Shown: positions 27,428 to 36,412 of the stretch, one piece after another
Layout of the letters: each line of letters begins with the position of its first letter
Position numbering within the stretch: the first letter of the stretch is position 1
DNA from: Chloroflexota bacterium
GTDB taxonomy: Bacteria > Chloroflexota > Anaerolineae > Anaerolineales > UBA11579
Assembly: GCA_019456165.1 (NCBI GenBank)
Contig: VRUJ01000020.1
Location: 1,703 to 65,702 of the forward strand
Length of the DNA stretch: 64,000 nucleotides
Direction of reading: 5' to 3'
The notes under the pieces: generated by a model
Database searches by the model: none
What the model was told of the DNA's origin: nothing
The model's input: only the letters and a program-made list of their open reading frames with translations
Made by a program: the position numbers and the translations under genes

Positions 27428-29203
27428 ATGAAATCGCTTTGGGAATTACGCAGGCTTGTACGCCCGTATAAGCTGCAGATCAGTATCGCTTTGATAACCA
27501 TTTTTGGGGTTACTGCCGCGCGGTTGGTGGTTCCATCCATCATCCGGCAGGTGATCGATGTGGGGTTAGGAGAGGGAGAGTCTCAATTTATGCTTGTGGC
27601 TGCATTTGCAATCCTTGGAATTGGGGTGTTTCAGGCAGTATTAGGTTTCACTTACCGTTATTCGAGCGAATATGTTTCCATGCGCGTGGCCTACGATTTA
27701 CGCAACCGCTTGTACGACCACATCCAGCATATGTCGTTTAGTTTCCACGACCATGCTCAAACCGGCCAATTGATGAGCCGCTGCACCGAAGACGTGCGTT
27801 CCATTCAAGCCTTTATCGGATTTGGAATCGTCGAGTTGATCCAAATTTTTTTTCTAATGATCGGTACGATCAGCCTGATGTTTGTTGAAAACACCAGGTT
27901 AGCCCTAATTGGCCTCGTGCCAATAATCCCATTATTGTTAATCACCAGTAGATTTGGGGCGCGTGTAAGCGATCTTTTTTATGCCGTTGATAAAGCCAAA
28001 GGCGATCTTTCAGCACAGCTTCAGGAAAATATTAGCGGTGTGCAAGTCGTGCGGGCATTCTCGCGCGAACCGTATGAAATTAACCGCTTCAACCATAAAA
28101 ACCGGATTCTTTACGATGCCTGGATATCGATTGTATCCCAATGGTCTAGGATTATGCCAACAACGATTTTTCTGGTCTCCGCCAGCACGATCCTGGTACT
28201 CTGGTTTGGCGGGCAAATGGTGATCGACGGAGAAATGACCTTAGGACAAATCGTGGCATTCAACAGTTATCTTTTACTGCTAGCTATGCCTTCCCAACAA
28301 CTCACCTGGTTCGTAAACTCAGCCGGGGAAGCTGCCGCGGGATTGCAGAGGGTATTTGAAATCCTTGATCCGCAGCCCAGCATCCAATCACCCGCGGATG
28401 CGGTAGAGATGCCACCCATTACCGGTCAAGTTGAGTTCAAAAATGTTTCATTCACGTATGAGGATGAAAAAGAGGCAGTCTTAGAAAATATTAATTTGAA
28501 AGTTCCGCCCAACCAGGTGGTAGCTTTAACTGGTGCGACCGGTTCGGGTAAAACCACTCTGGTCAACTTGATACCCCGTTTTTATGAAGCGACTCAAGGA
28601 GCAGTATTGATCGATGGCCATGACGTGCGCTCCTTAAATCTTGTGTTATTACGCCGTCAAATCGGAATCGTGCTGCAAACATCTTTACTTTTTTCAGCCA
28701 GTATCCGGGAAAATATTGCTTTTGGCCGCCCAGAAACCAGTGAGGCTGAAATTCTTAAAGCCGCAAAATCTGCGCACGCGCATGAGTTCATCACCTCGTT
28801 TCCTGAGGGATACGAGACCGTTGTCGGGGAACGCGGCATTACTTTATCGGGTGGGCAGCGCCAACGCGTCGCTATCGCCCGTGCCCTGCTAATCAACCCT
28901 CGCATATTGATCTTAGATGATTCTACTTCTAGCGTAGATACTGAAACTGAACACATGATTCAAAAAGCTCTAGATACTTTGATGGAAGGGCGTACGACAT
29001 TTGTCATCGCCCAACGCGTTTCCACTGTTCGCAAAGCAGATCTGATATTGGTGCTTGATAAAGGCCGCATAGCTGAGAGCGGTTCACATAAAGATTTACT
29101 GGCCAAGGATGGGCTATATCGAGAAATTTACGATCTTCAACTCCGTCAACAAGACACTCCCATAAGCCCGACTGAATTCCAAGGTGCATCCGGCGATGAC
29201 TAA
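27428..29203 (+). CDS. ABC exporter, fused permease/ATPase (MsbA / multidrug-type half transporter)
   Basis: 591 aa. Six-TM domain, Walker A GATGSGKTT, signature LSGGQRQR and Walker B ILILDD. Confidence 0.93.
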   Translation: MKSLWELRRLVRPYKLQISIALITIFGVTAARLVVPSIIRQVIDVGLGEGESQFMLVAAFAILGIGVFQAVLGFTYRYSSEYVSMRVAYDLRNRLYDHIQHMSFSFHDHAQTGQLMSRCTEDVRSIQAFIGFGIVELIQIFFLMIGTISLMFVENTRLALIGLVPIIPLLLITSRFGARVSDLFYAVDKAKGDLSAQLQENISGVQVVRAFSREPYEINRFNHKNRILYDAWISIVSQWSRIMPTTIFLVSASTILVLWFGGQMVIDGEMTLGQIVAFNSYLLLLAMPSQQLTWFVNSAGEAAAGLQRVFEILDPQPSIQSPADAVEMPPITGQVEFKNVSFTYEDEKEAVLENINLKVPPNQVVALTGATGSGKTTLVNLIPRFYEATQGAVLIDGHDVRSLNLVLLRRQIGIVLQTSLLFSASIRENIAFGRPETSEAEILKAAKSAHAHEFITSFPEGYETVVGERGITLSGGQRQRVAIARALLINPRILILDDSTSSVDTETEHMIQKALDTLMEGRTTFVIAQRVSTVRKADLILVLDKGRIAESGSHKDLLAKDGLYREIYDLQLRQQDTPISPTEFQGASGDD

Positions 29204-30016
29204 ATCCAAACCATCGAAACGATTCTCGAAAACGCTCACCAAATCCGCTTCATTAAATCCGAAATATCTCACAACCAGCCAAACAGCCCTTGAGAAAGTA
29301 ATTACAACATCATCAAGAAGTTGCTTCTGAATTTGATTGAAGATTGCACGTTTCTTCACGACACCTCCGGATTGCTTTTCTTCGACTGAAACAAACGATA
29401 TTTGTGATAGAGTTTCGTAATCAGAGTGGGCAATCCCGCTCAGTATCCGGTACAATCTCTCGGCGCCAAGAAACTTTTCCATCAGGTCTATCATATTTGG
29501 TTTTGGAACAGCAATGCCAATTCGCTTACCTTTATCATTTTGCATAAGTGGATACCCTAGATCAACAGCAACTTTCTCAATCTTGCTCATTTGCATATGA
29601 ATTCTTGAAAGTGTGCCTTTATCTTCAGTGGCATTGGCAAATTTCTCTTGTGAGCGGAGGGCAACGAATCTAAGCGCCAGACTTCTTCCAACCCACTTCT
29701 TTACATCTACCTCGCTATCCAATAACCAATGAATCTTTGCACATGCTTCAAAGGCTGCCCGGGCAATCACCCAAGGCGCGATGCTAAATTTACTCATTGT
29801 TATCAATGCGTCTAGAGCCTCAAGATTATCAGCAGCAGCTTCGAGGATTATACCAATCTGAGAGTATTTACTTCGAAGTGACGTCTCACGCGGGAATGCT
29901 CAGAGCTCAACGTCAGCTGGTGAACCAGCAATAGGTTCCGGACCAACAGCTTCTCGGATATGAATAATATCTAACAATAATCCTCGGACAGGAGATACTT
30001 CGTTATGACTCATCAT
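29114..30016 (-). pseudogene. HEPN-like (AbiV/DUF5677-like, tentative) gene interrupted by an in-frame TGA
   Basis: The 38-codon ORF (ATG 30016 to TGA 29902-29900) is in the same frame as the 230-aa ORF 29114-29806. An Rx6H string (RILSGIAH) is present. The last 90 nt are antisense to the ABC gene. Confidence 0.5.
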
Positions 30017-30114
30017 TCGTTATAATCCCAATTCACTTTGTGTTTCATCAATCACCAGCGGAGATGCATCCCGACATTTTTCACCCAAAATCAAGATCCT
30101 GTTCAAGTATTTAG

Positions 30115-30399
30115 CTAAATATATAGTCTTATCAACCTGGGTGACTCAAACTCAACATTCACTATGTCAAACATGTCGAAATTCGATTGAAACCAGTCCC
30201 GTAATTCGGAGCGACCGAAAACACGTGCAGTCCCATTAAGATTAGCTCTATGGTCAACCCGAGCATCAATCTCTCGCCCATCAATAATAATAATAATTGG
30301 GCCATCTTCTCGTTGAACATACTTGTCAAAATCTACGGGGACATTGAAAAAACCATTGTTGTAATAAGTCTTATATAACTTGAGTTTATAGATTTGCAT
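30115..30399 (-). CDS. Hypothetical 94-aa protein (beta-rich; possible small DNA-binding or adaptor component)
   Basis: AAGGAT RBS 6 nt upstream of the ATG. Low-GC codon usage like its neighbours. No recognisable motif. Confidence 0.55.
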   Translation of the reverse strand: MQIYKLKLYKTYYNNGFFNVPVDFDKYVQREDGPIIIIIDGREIDARVDHRANLNGTARVFGRSELRDWFQSNFDMFDIVNVEFESPRLIRLYI

Positions 30400-30468
30400 G
30401 TGTCTTATCCTTGGGAAAAATAACTATTTGGACTCCACGGTTTTCATTGATAACACCAATTTATTATC

Positions 30469-31323
30469 CTACAAATATCGGTTGGAAATATATTCAATAT
30501 AATCATTGTGGGTGTAACGATAATTGTCCGCCATTCTTAATATTAGCTCTTGGTAACTTATTTCATGCATCATAATATTGTCAGATTTAGCCACTTCTAG
30601 AAATTCTATAATTTCATCATTATGTTTTCCCCCTTCACCTCCTAAAGTGTCGTACCACAAATACAGTAATCGAAAATTCGTTATTCCATATTCCCGTTTT
30701 AATCCTAAAATATGTTTTATCAATTGTGCCGCATGTAGGTGTTGAAATCGATCATCGTTAGGGCTAATTGAAATTGCCATTTTATGCAAGTGCGGTATTT
30801 CTTCCCAAATATCCACTTCTAGATATTTCTCTTTTATTCCCGTATGACCACGGCCCCCATACGCTTCAGTAAACTTACATTCAACTGCAAATACTTTATA
30901 TTTCGAAGCAGGGTCATTCATAATAACAGCATCTATATTCGGGGAAAATCGAAATTGATCTGCTATTGGGTACTTCACTTCAAAAGTAATGCTCTTTGAG
31001 ATCTTGGTTGTTTTATTGCATAATTTACATGCGTATGCAATTTTATCTACTTCTTTGATATTATCCCAATATTGAAAAATATTCACACCAAGAGCAGATG
31101 AAGAGTGAACAGCTTGCATTTTGGATGGATTTCCGGTGAGTTCACCGCCATCCCCCTTCTTAAATGCATGAAAAGTTTCATCAGTTAAAGGCTGGAACAA
31201 ATTATTGTTCAAACTTTCAGTATAAGCTGGTCGACCTCGTTTACCTTTGCTGCCAATTAATTTAATTCCATTATTTCGCGCCCATTGAATTTGCTTTGAT
31301 AGAATATATTCGTTTGCTTTCAT
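30469..31323 (-). CDS. PD-(D/E)xK-superfamily nuclease-like protein
   Basis: Start set at ATG 31323, with GGAGGAGAA immediately upstream. NIDAVI ...(17 aa)... FAVECKF fits D...ExK spacing. Low GC. Confidence 0.65.
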   Translation of the reverse strand: MKANEYILSKQIQWARNNGIKLIGSKGKRGRPAYTESLNNNLFQPLTDETFHAFKKGDGGELTGNPSKMQAVHSSSALGVNIFQYWDNIKEVDKIAYACKLCNKTTKISKSITFEVKYPIADQFRFSPNIDAVIMNDPASKYKVFAVECKFTEAYGGRGHTGIKEKYLEVDIWEEIPHLHKMAISISPNDDRFQHLHAAQLIKHILGLKREYGITNFRLLYLWYDTLGGEGGKHNDEIIEFLEVAKSDNIMMHEISYQELILRMADNYRYTHNDYIEYISNRYL

Positions 31324-31402
31324 TTCTCCTCCAAAACTGACTACCGGGTTTAAAATCAAAACCCTTAATGCTTTTCTCCACTCACTCTTATTATACATCT
31401 AA

Positions 31403-31482
31403 ATATCCACCTGGCTTTTATATAAGAATGATATCCACAGCTGTTAGCCGCGGGTATTCTAGCTTTATCCACTTTATCCAGA
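31403..31482 (+). repeat. Four same-orientation DnaA-box-like 9-mers
   Basis: ATATCCACC at 31403-31411, ATATCCACA at 31431-31439, TTATCCACT at 31465-31473 and TTATCCAGA at 31474-31482. The consensus is TTATCCACA. Confidence 0.5.
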
Positions 31483-31665
31483 GTTTCAATTCTTAGCACC
31501 TCTCCCCTTCATTATATTTCAAAACTGTAACAGCTTGTTTAGCTACGGATACCTCGTGGTCATAGACGCGTAACGCGCGTTTGATATTCTATTCCTATGC
31601 AAGGAACAAAAAGATAACGCCGGACGTCTAATCTGTGAATTAGTACACAAGGAAAGGAACATACG

Positions 31666-32817
31666 ATGAAAAATTTCAAGAAACGAATTTTAGGATTAAC
31701 CATTTTAGCTCTAATAGTTAACAACGCCTGCAACTTACCCAGCGCTAGCGGCACGCCCGTAGCAGATTTGGGAGCTCAATTGACGGCAGCAAATATGACG
31801 GTAGCTGCAAACTTAACTGAGAGTGCTGGAGCATTACCCACACCTACAGCCACCCAACAGGTAATTCCCCCAACGCGAACTCAGGTAGTGGTATTGCCCA
31901 CGCGCACACCAGTCCCAACCAATACCAACGTACCAACGCGTACGTCAATCCCAATACCTTGCGACTCGGCGCAATTCATTGAAGATGTAACCATCCCCGA
32001 TGGGACAAAGGTGCCTCCAGGTGCAAGATTCTCAAAGGTTTGGAGGATCAAGAACATCGGCTCCTGCACCTGGACAACAGACTACGATCTAGTATTTGTA
32101 GATGGAGATGGCTTGAATGCAGCCGCTTCTACATCATTACCGGAAAAAGTTTATCCAGGAGAGACAGTCGATTTATCCTCATCCATGATCGCACCAAATG
32201 AAAGTGGCGATTACCGTGGATATTGGAGGCTGCGCAGCTCAAACGGCACTACCTTTGGAGTCGGCAGCGAGGCCAGGTTAGCATACTGGGTGGATATTTC
32301 TGTGATCGAAGAATTGGACGATTATGCTTTCGATTTCGCTACCAATCTCTGCACGGCAACCTGGCGCACTGGAGCTGGTGCCCTGACATGCCCAAGTACG
32401 ACCACCAACACCAATGACGGTTATGTGCGTTATTCCATCGACCCTGATCTTGAGAACCGCCATGAAAACGAACCCACAATTATCGCCCACCCGGATAACG
32501 AAATATTGGGTTGGATTATGGGTAAGTATCCCGCTTTCGATGTAGAGGATGGGGACCACTTTGAGGCCTGGATAGGCTGCCTGGATGACAGTCATAACTG
32601 TGATGTACTCTTCAAGCTGGAATATCAGATTGACGGCGGCAGCATCATCACCCTGGCCGAGTGGAGTGAAACCTATGATGGTGAAATCACCATCGTAGAC
32701 TTGGATCTTTCCAGCCTTGCTGGTGAATCCGTGCAATTCATTCTCAGCGTGGTAACGGTAGATGGTAATCCCAGGAATGCAAATGCCTTCTGGTTCGTGC
32801 CGCGCATAAGCCGGTGA
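31666..32817 (+). CDS. Lipoprotein with NBR1-like Ig-fold domain
   Basis: Signal/lipobox LIVNNACN and a PT-rich linker. [33 protein letters not shown] matches the NBR1-type Ig domain signature. Confidence 0.78.
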   Translation: MKNFKKRILGLTILALIVNNACNLPSASGTPVADLGAQLTAANMTVAANLTESAGALPTPTATQQVIPPTRTQVVVLPTRTPVPTNTNVPTRTSIPIPCDSAQFIEDVTIPDGTKVPPGARFSKVWRIKNIGSCTWTTDYDLVFVDGDGLNAAASTSLPEKVYPGETVDLSSSMIAPNESGDYRGYWRLRSSNGTTFGVGSEARLAYWVDISVIEELDDYAFDFATNLCTATWRTGAGALTCPSTTTNTNDGYVRYSIDPDLENRHENEPTIIAHPDNEILGWIMGKYPAFDVEDGDHFEAWIGCLDDSHNCDVLFKLEYQIDGGSIITLAEWSETYDGEITIVDLDLSSLAGESVQFILSVVTVDGNPRNANAFWFVPRISR

Positions 32818-32860
32818 GGGAATGGTACTAATCAAGTTGAAACATTGTTATCCTGGAAAC

Positions 32861-32893
32861 AAACCCGAAGGGTTTTGAAAACCCTTCGGGTTT
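32861..32893. repeat. Back-to-back inverted copies of the AAACCCTTCGGGTTT hairpin (33-nt palindrome); possible terminator
   Basis: AAACCCGAAGGGTTTTGAAAACCCTTCGGGTTT lies 44 nt after the stop of the 31666-32817 gene. Confidence 0.7.
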
Positions 32894-32979
32894 AAACACC
32901 AACGAATTAATATATTTCCCCCAAAAACGTAACCCCCCACACATTTTCGTAATCCCTCATTTTATGGTTTAATGCCTGC

Positions 32980-34857
32980 ATGAGTTCATTACCCGAATCA
33001 AATACGAATTATTCCACGGGCGAGTCAGGCAAGAAGCGTTCCCAAGTTGGCAGATTCACTCAAATAGTGTTAATAATCTTATTAGCGGCCAATCTTGGAT
33101 TCCTAACTTACTTAGGCTGGCCGACAATCCTTTATCAATTGGGCTTTACAACCCTAGAACCTGAAACATCATCTTCAGAGCAGATTGCAGCGACACCAAC
33201 GCCAACGCTATCCAACCAAACCCAAGATGCTGCGTCTACCAACCCAACCCCGCAAACTTTTGTGATAACTGCTACACCCCTTCCGATGCAAGCTGAGCAC
33301 ATTCCAGGATTGATTGTGTTGGCAATCAATGAAAATGGCTACACGCATTTGTTTGCCTACCAACCTGAAACGCTACCTCTGACCAGGTTGACCAGCGGCG
33401 ATTGGGATGATATTCACCCCGCACTCAGTCCGGATGGAATAAGAGTGGTTTTTTCTTCAAACCGCTCTGGCCAATGGGATCTCTACATTTTGGATTTGAC
33501 CGACGGGATAACCTCACAGATCACTAATGACCTAGCCTACGACGGAGCCCCTTCTTGGTCGCCGGATGGTTTGTGGTTGACATATGAGAAATACGTCGAT
33601 GATGAGCAAATCGGTTCCAACCTGGAAATATATGTTCTGGCAATTGACGGCACATTTGATCCGATTCGCATCACGCTAAATGGTGGTGCAGATTTCGCTC
33701 CGGCATGGTCTACAGGAGATGGAGGCCGGAAAATCGCCTTCACTTCTAACCGCACTGGTGAAAATGACATCTGGCTGGCAGACCTCGACCTGATCGGTGA
33801 AGAACGTCTCACCAACTACACCAATAACCCCACAATCAACCAGGCATACTCGGCCTGGTCGCAAAATGGAAACCAACTTGCCTGGGCAGCTTCGACCAAC
33901 ACCTTGCCTGGAATTTACGTTCAATCTATAGACCAAGACAGTATGGAAGCCATTTACCTCGGAAGTGGGAATTATCCAGAGTGGGATCCAAGCGGAAGTT
34001 TGATTCTTTCATCCCAAGAATTCCCCTATAAAAATTATCTGTCTGCTGCAAGAGTTGCAGACCGCAGTCTCTCACTTCCGCCAGTTGAGCTGCCTGGTCG
34101 GTTGGATGGTATTACATGGGGAGTCTATGCTTTGCCAGCGACCCTCCCAGAGAACCTCCAAATAATAGCAGCAGAGACATCCATCGCTTCTTGGGCAGAT
34201 GAATTAACCCCGGATGCAGGTTCTATCTTTGGCCGGCAGCTAACTATCGAACTGGCAGATGTAGAAGCCCCTTACCCACAGTTGAATGCGCTCGCTTTTG
34301 AACCCTTCTTCGCGCTGCGCAATCGAGTGGCGAATGAGACCGGTTGGGATGTGCTATCTTCCCTTGAAAACGCCTTCGTACCTCTAACCATAAGACTAGA
34401 TCCCGGACTTGAGACGGATTGGCTTTACACAGGTAGAGCGTTCACTCTCAATCCTGTATTATTAGATGTAAGCTGGATGATCGTCGTTCGCGAGGATTAT
34501 GCAGGGGTTACATATTGGCGAATTTATCTAAAAACACGTTTCCAGGATGGCAGCCAGGGCCGTCCATTATACACGCTGCCCTGGAATTTCAGTGCGCGTT
34601 TCTCCGGCAATCCAGAGTATTACGAACAAGGTGGAGCGCCGGCATCGGGTATTCCCACAGGTTATTGGGTAGACTTCACTGCAATGGCCTCGGATCATGG
34701 ATGGGAACGACAACCAGCTCTTTCCAACTGGCGCAGTTTTTACAACGGTGCACGTTTCAATGAATTCGCGATCACTTCTGGTTTAGATTGGAAAGCCGCC
34801 ATGCTGCAGCTTTATCCGCCTGAAATTCTGGAAACCCCCTACCCAATTTCTCCCTGA
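32980..34857 (+). CDS. TolB-like PD40 beta-propeller protein with N-terminal membrane anchor and an unassigned C-terminal domain
   Basis: 625 aa. One TM, then PD40 repeats (PALSPDGIRVVFSSNRSGQWDLY, PSWSPDGLWLTY, KIAFTSNRTGENDIW). Confidence 0.8.
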   Translation: MSSLPESNTNYSTGESGKKRSQVGRFTQIVLIILLAANLGFLTYLGWPTILYQLGFTTLEPETSSSEQIAATPTPTLSNQTQDAASTNPTPQTFVITATPLPMQAEHIPGLIVLAINENGYTHLFAYQPETLPLTRLTSGDWDDIHPALSPDGIRVVFSSNRSGQWDLYILDLTDGITSQITNDLAYDGAPSWSPDGLWLTYEKYVDDEQIGSNLEIYVLAIDGTFDPIRITLNGGADFAPAWSTGDGGRKIAFTSNRTGENDIWLADLDLIGEERLTNYTNNPTINQAYSAWSQNGNQLAWAASTNTLPGIYVQSIDQDSMEAIYLGSGNYPEWDPSGSLILSSQEFPYKNYLSAARVADRSLSLPPVELPGRLDGITWGVYALPATLPENLQIIAAETSIASWADELTPDAGSIFGRQLTIELADVEAPYPQLNALAFEPFFALRNRVANETGWDVLSSLENAFVPLTIRLDPGLETDWLYTGRAFTLNPVLLDVSWMIVVREDYAGVTYWRIYLKTRFQDGSQGRPLYTLPWNFSARFSGNPEYYEQGGAPASGIPTGYWVDFTAMASDHGWERQPALSNWRSFYNGARFNEFAITSGLDWKAAMLQLYPPEILETPYPISP

Positions 34858-34861
34858 CAAA

Positions 34862-36019
34862 ATGAACAGATTGCTAAGAATTCAAATATCGCCAAGATAC
34901 CTTCTTTTGGGGATGCTGCTCTGTTTACTAAGTCTGTCTGGCTGCCAGAACCAGGCAACCAATTCACCCACCTCCAGCCCTTCTAATCCAACTACGGAAT
35001 CAACAGAAACTAATCTCCCACAGGCATCACCAACTACCAATCTCATAGCGGAATATGAAACGGATGTAGCTTTGCCAACCGCGGTACCTGAGACTCCCAA
35101 CTCTACTCCTGTTGCAGACCCGTTACGTTTTACATTACCCACTCCGGGTCCTTTGCCGGTTTCCGCGTGGAGGCCGCCATTGTATCCAGTGCCCTGGTCG
35201 CTGAATAGGAACGATCATTTCTACCTTACTCGCCCGATTGCGGCTGACGATGTTAACTGGCCGCTGCCAGAATATCGCTATGCAGCCACCAACTTCGGAC
35301 CCGATCTACCTCATACAGGTGTCGATATCGTAACTCCAATAGGAACGAATGTCATGGCTACAGGTCCAGGTGATGTGATTTGGACCGGCTTTGGCCTCTT
35401 TACAGGTGGGACCGATCCCGATGATCCATACGGATTAGCCATAGCGATCAGGCACGATTTTGGCTACAGAGGAAAATCTTTATTCACCATATACGCTCAT
35501 CTCTCTAGGGTGGATGTCGTTCGCGGCCAGCATGTAGAAACAGGAGATTTAATCGCCCTCTCTGGAGATACCGGGTTGGTAACTGCTCCGCACCTTCACT
35601 TTGAAGTTCGTCTGGGTGAAAACATATTCTACGACAGCGTAAACCCTGAATTATGGATGGCTCCGCCCCAAGGATGGGGAGTGCTGGTGGGCAGTCTGAC
35701 TACTACTTGGGGGGAGCATGTGGAACTCCAGCGGGTAAGAATTAGGTCGTTAGAGAACGATATGACCTGGTATGTTTATTCTTACGGTTCTATGGGAACC
35801 ATCAATAGTGATCCTTACTACGGCGAAAATATTGTGATGAGCGATCTTCCTGCAGGAACATATGAAGTTCAGATTCCATATTTGGGTCGAGCCTACCGTT
35901 TCGGCGTCATTGTCTACCCTGGGGCGATTACGTATTTTAACTTCCAAGGCTTCAATGGTTTCAACACTATATTGCCCTTCGAAGAACCTCCCAGCGCTTT
36001 GCCGGCTGTGGTCCCTTGA
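34862..36019 (+). CDS. M23-family metallopeptidase (peptidoglycan DD-endopeptidase type)
   Basis: 385 aa. Signal/lipobox LSLSGC. Zinc motifs HTGVDI and GDTGLVTAPHLHFEV. Confidence 0.88.
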   Translation: MNRLLRIQISPRYLLLGMLLCLLSLSGCQNQATNSPTSSPSNPTTESTETNLPQASPTTNLIAEYETDVALPTAVPETPNSTPVADPLRFTLPTPGPLPVSAWRPPLYPVPWSLNRNDHFYLTRPIAADDVNWPLPEYRYAATNFGPDLPHTGVDIVTPIGTNVMATGPGDVIWTGFGLFTGGTDPDDPYGLAIAIRHDFGYRGKSLFTIYAHLSRVDVVRGQHVETGDLIALSGDTGLVTAPHLHFEVRLGENIFYDSVNPELWMAPPQGWGVLVGSLTTTWGEHVELQRVRIRSLENDMTWYVYSYGSMGTINSDPYYGENIVMSDLPAGTYEVQIPYLGRAYRFGVIVYPGAITYFNFQGFNGFNTILPFEEPPSALPAVVP

Positions 36020-36074
36020 CTCCCTAAAGACAACAATTAACGCAAATAATGTCTATTCAGAATTTGACCAAAAC

Positions 36075-36166
36075 AACCTTGCGAAGGTTATTCAATGTGT
36101 AATGTTATTTAAGATATCAAATCGGTTTCCTTATAAGGTTTGGGTATAACAAACCTTCGCAAGGTT
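36075..36166. repeat. Pair of inverted AACCTTGCGAAGGTT hairpins
   Basis: AACCTTGCGAAGGTT at 36075-36089 and its reverse complement AACCTTCGCAAGGTT at 36152-36166. Related arms lie at 63930-63972. Confidence 0.75.
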
Positions 36167-36305
36167 TTAGATACGAAGGTTATTCGATACCCAAGCTTAA
36201 TTTCTAGAGCAAAACATTTTTCTTTTGAGTATTTAGCATTATCACCCTTCCTAAAGCTTTACATAATATAGAGATTTTGGTAAGTAAATTGGGGACATAA
36301 AACAC

Positions 36306-36333
36306 TTGACACACAGAACACCTGTGCTAAACT
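36306..36333 (+). promoter_or_regulatory. Candidate recA promoter (-35 TTGACA, -10 TAAACT)
   Basis: TTGACA at 36306-36311, a 16-nt spacer, and TAAACT at 36328-36333. The spacer contains a LexA-like box. Confidence 0.5.
36315..36328. promoter_or_regulatory. LexA (Cheo-type GAAC-N4-GTTC) box, one mismatch
   Basis: AGAACACCTGTGCT. It shares 12 of 14 positions with the box at 58653-58666. Confidence 0.5.
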
Positions 36334-36340
36334 TATCTTG

Positions 36341-36354
36341 TGAACATATATTCT
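36341..36354. promoter_or_regulatory. LexA (Cheo-type) box, one mismatch
   Basis: TGAACATATATTCT versus the Bacillus-type consensus CGAACATATGTTCG. Lies about 60 nt upstream of the recA ATG. Confidence 0.55.
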
Positions 36355-36412
36355 AATAATTTATATCACAGCGAATATTCACCTTACACACCAATATTTG
36401 GAGGTAACAATT

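Noticed and set aside
29900-29902. The in-frame TGA in the HEPN-like gene could be a selenocysteine or recoded codon.
   Set aside because: I see no SECIS-like hairpin immediately downstream and no sel genes in the window. The gene also has a corrupted 3' end, so a nonsense mutation in a decaying gene is the simpler reading.
31441-31449. The 9-mer CTGTTAGCC, the unit of the 60347-60391 tandem repeat, also occurs once near the DnaA-like boxes.
   Set aside because: A single extra copy of a given 9-mer is expected by chance with a probability of roughly one half in 64 kb on both strands. It is not evidence of a link.
31403-31482. The DnaA-box cluster could be the chromosomal origin (oriC).
   Set aside because: There is no dnaA, dnaN or other origin-linked gene nearby, and I could not identify an obvious AT-rich 13-mer unwinding element. 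The location at the edge of a foreign-looking islet argues for a different role. It is kept only as a low-interest finding.
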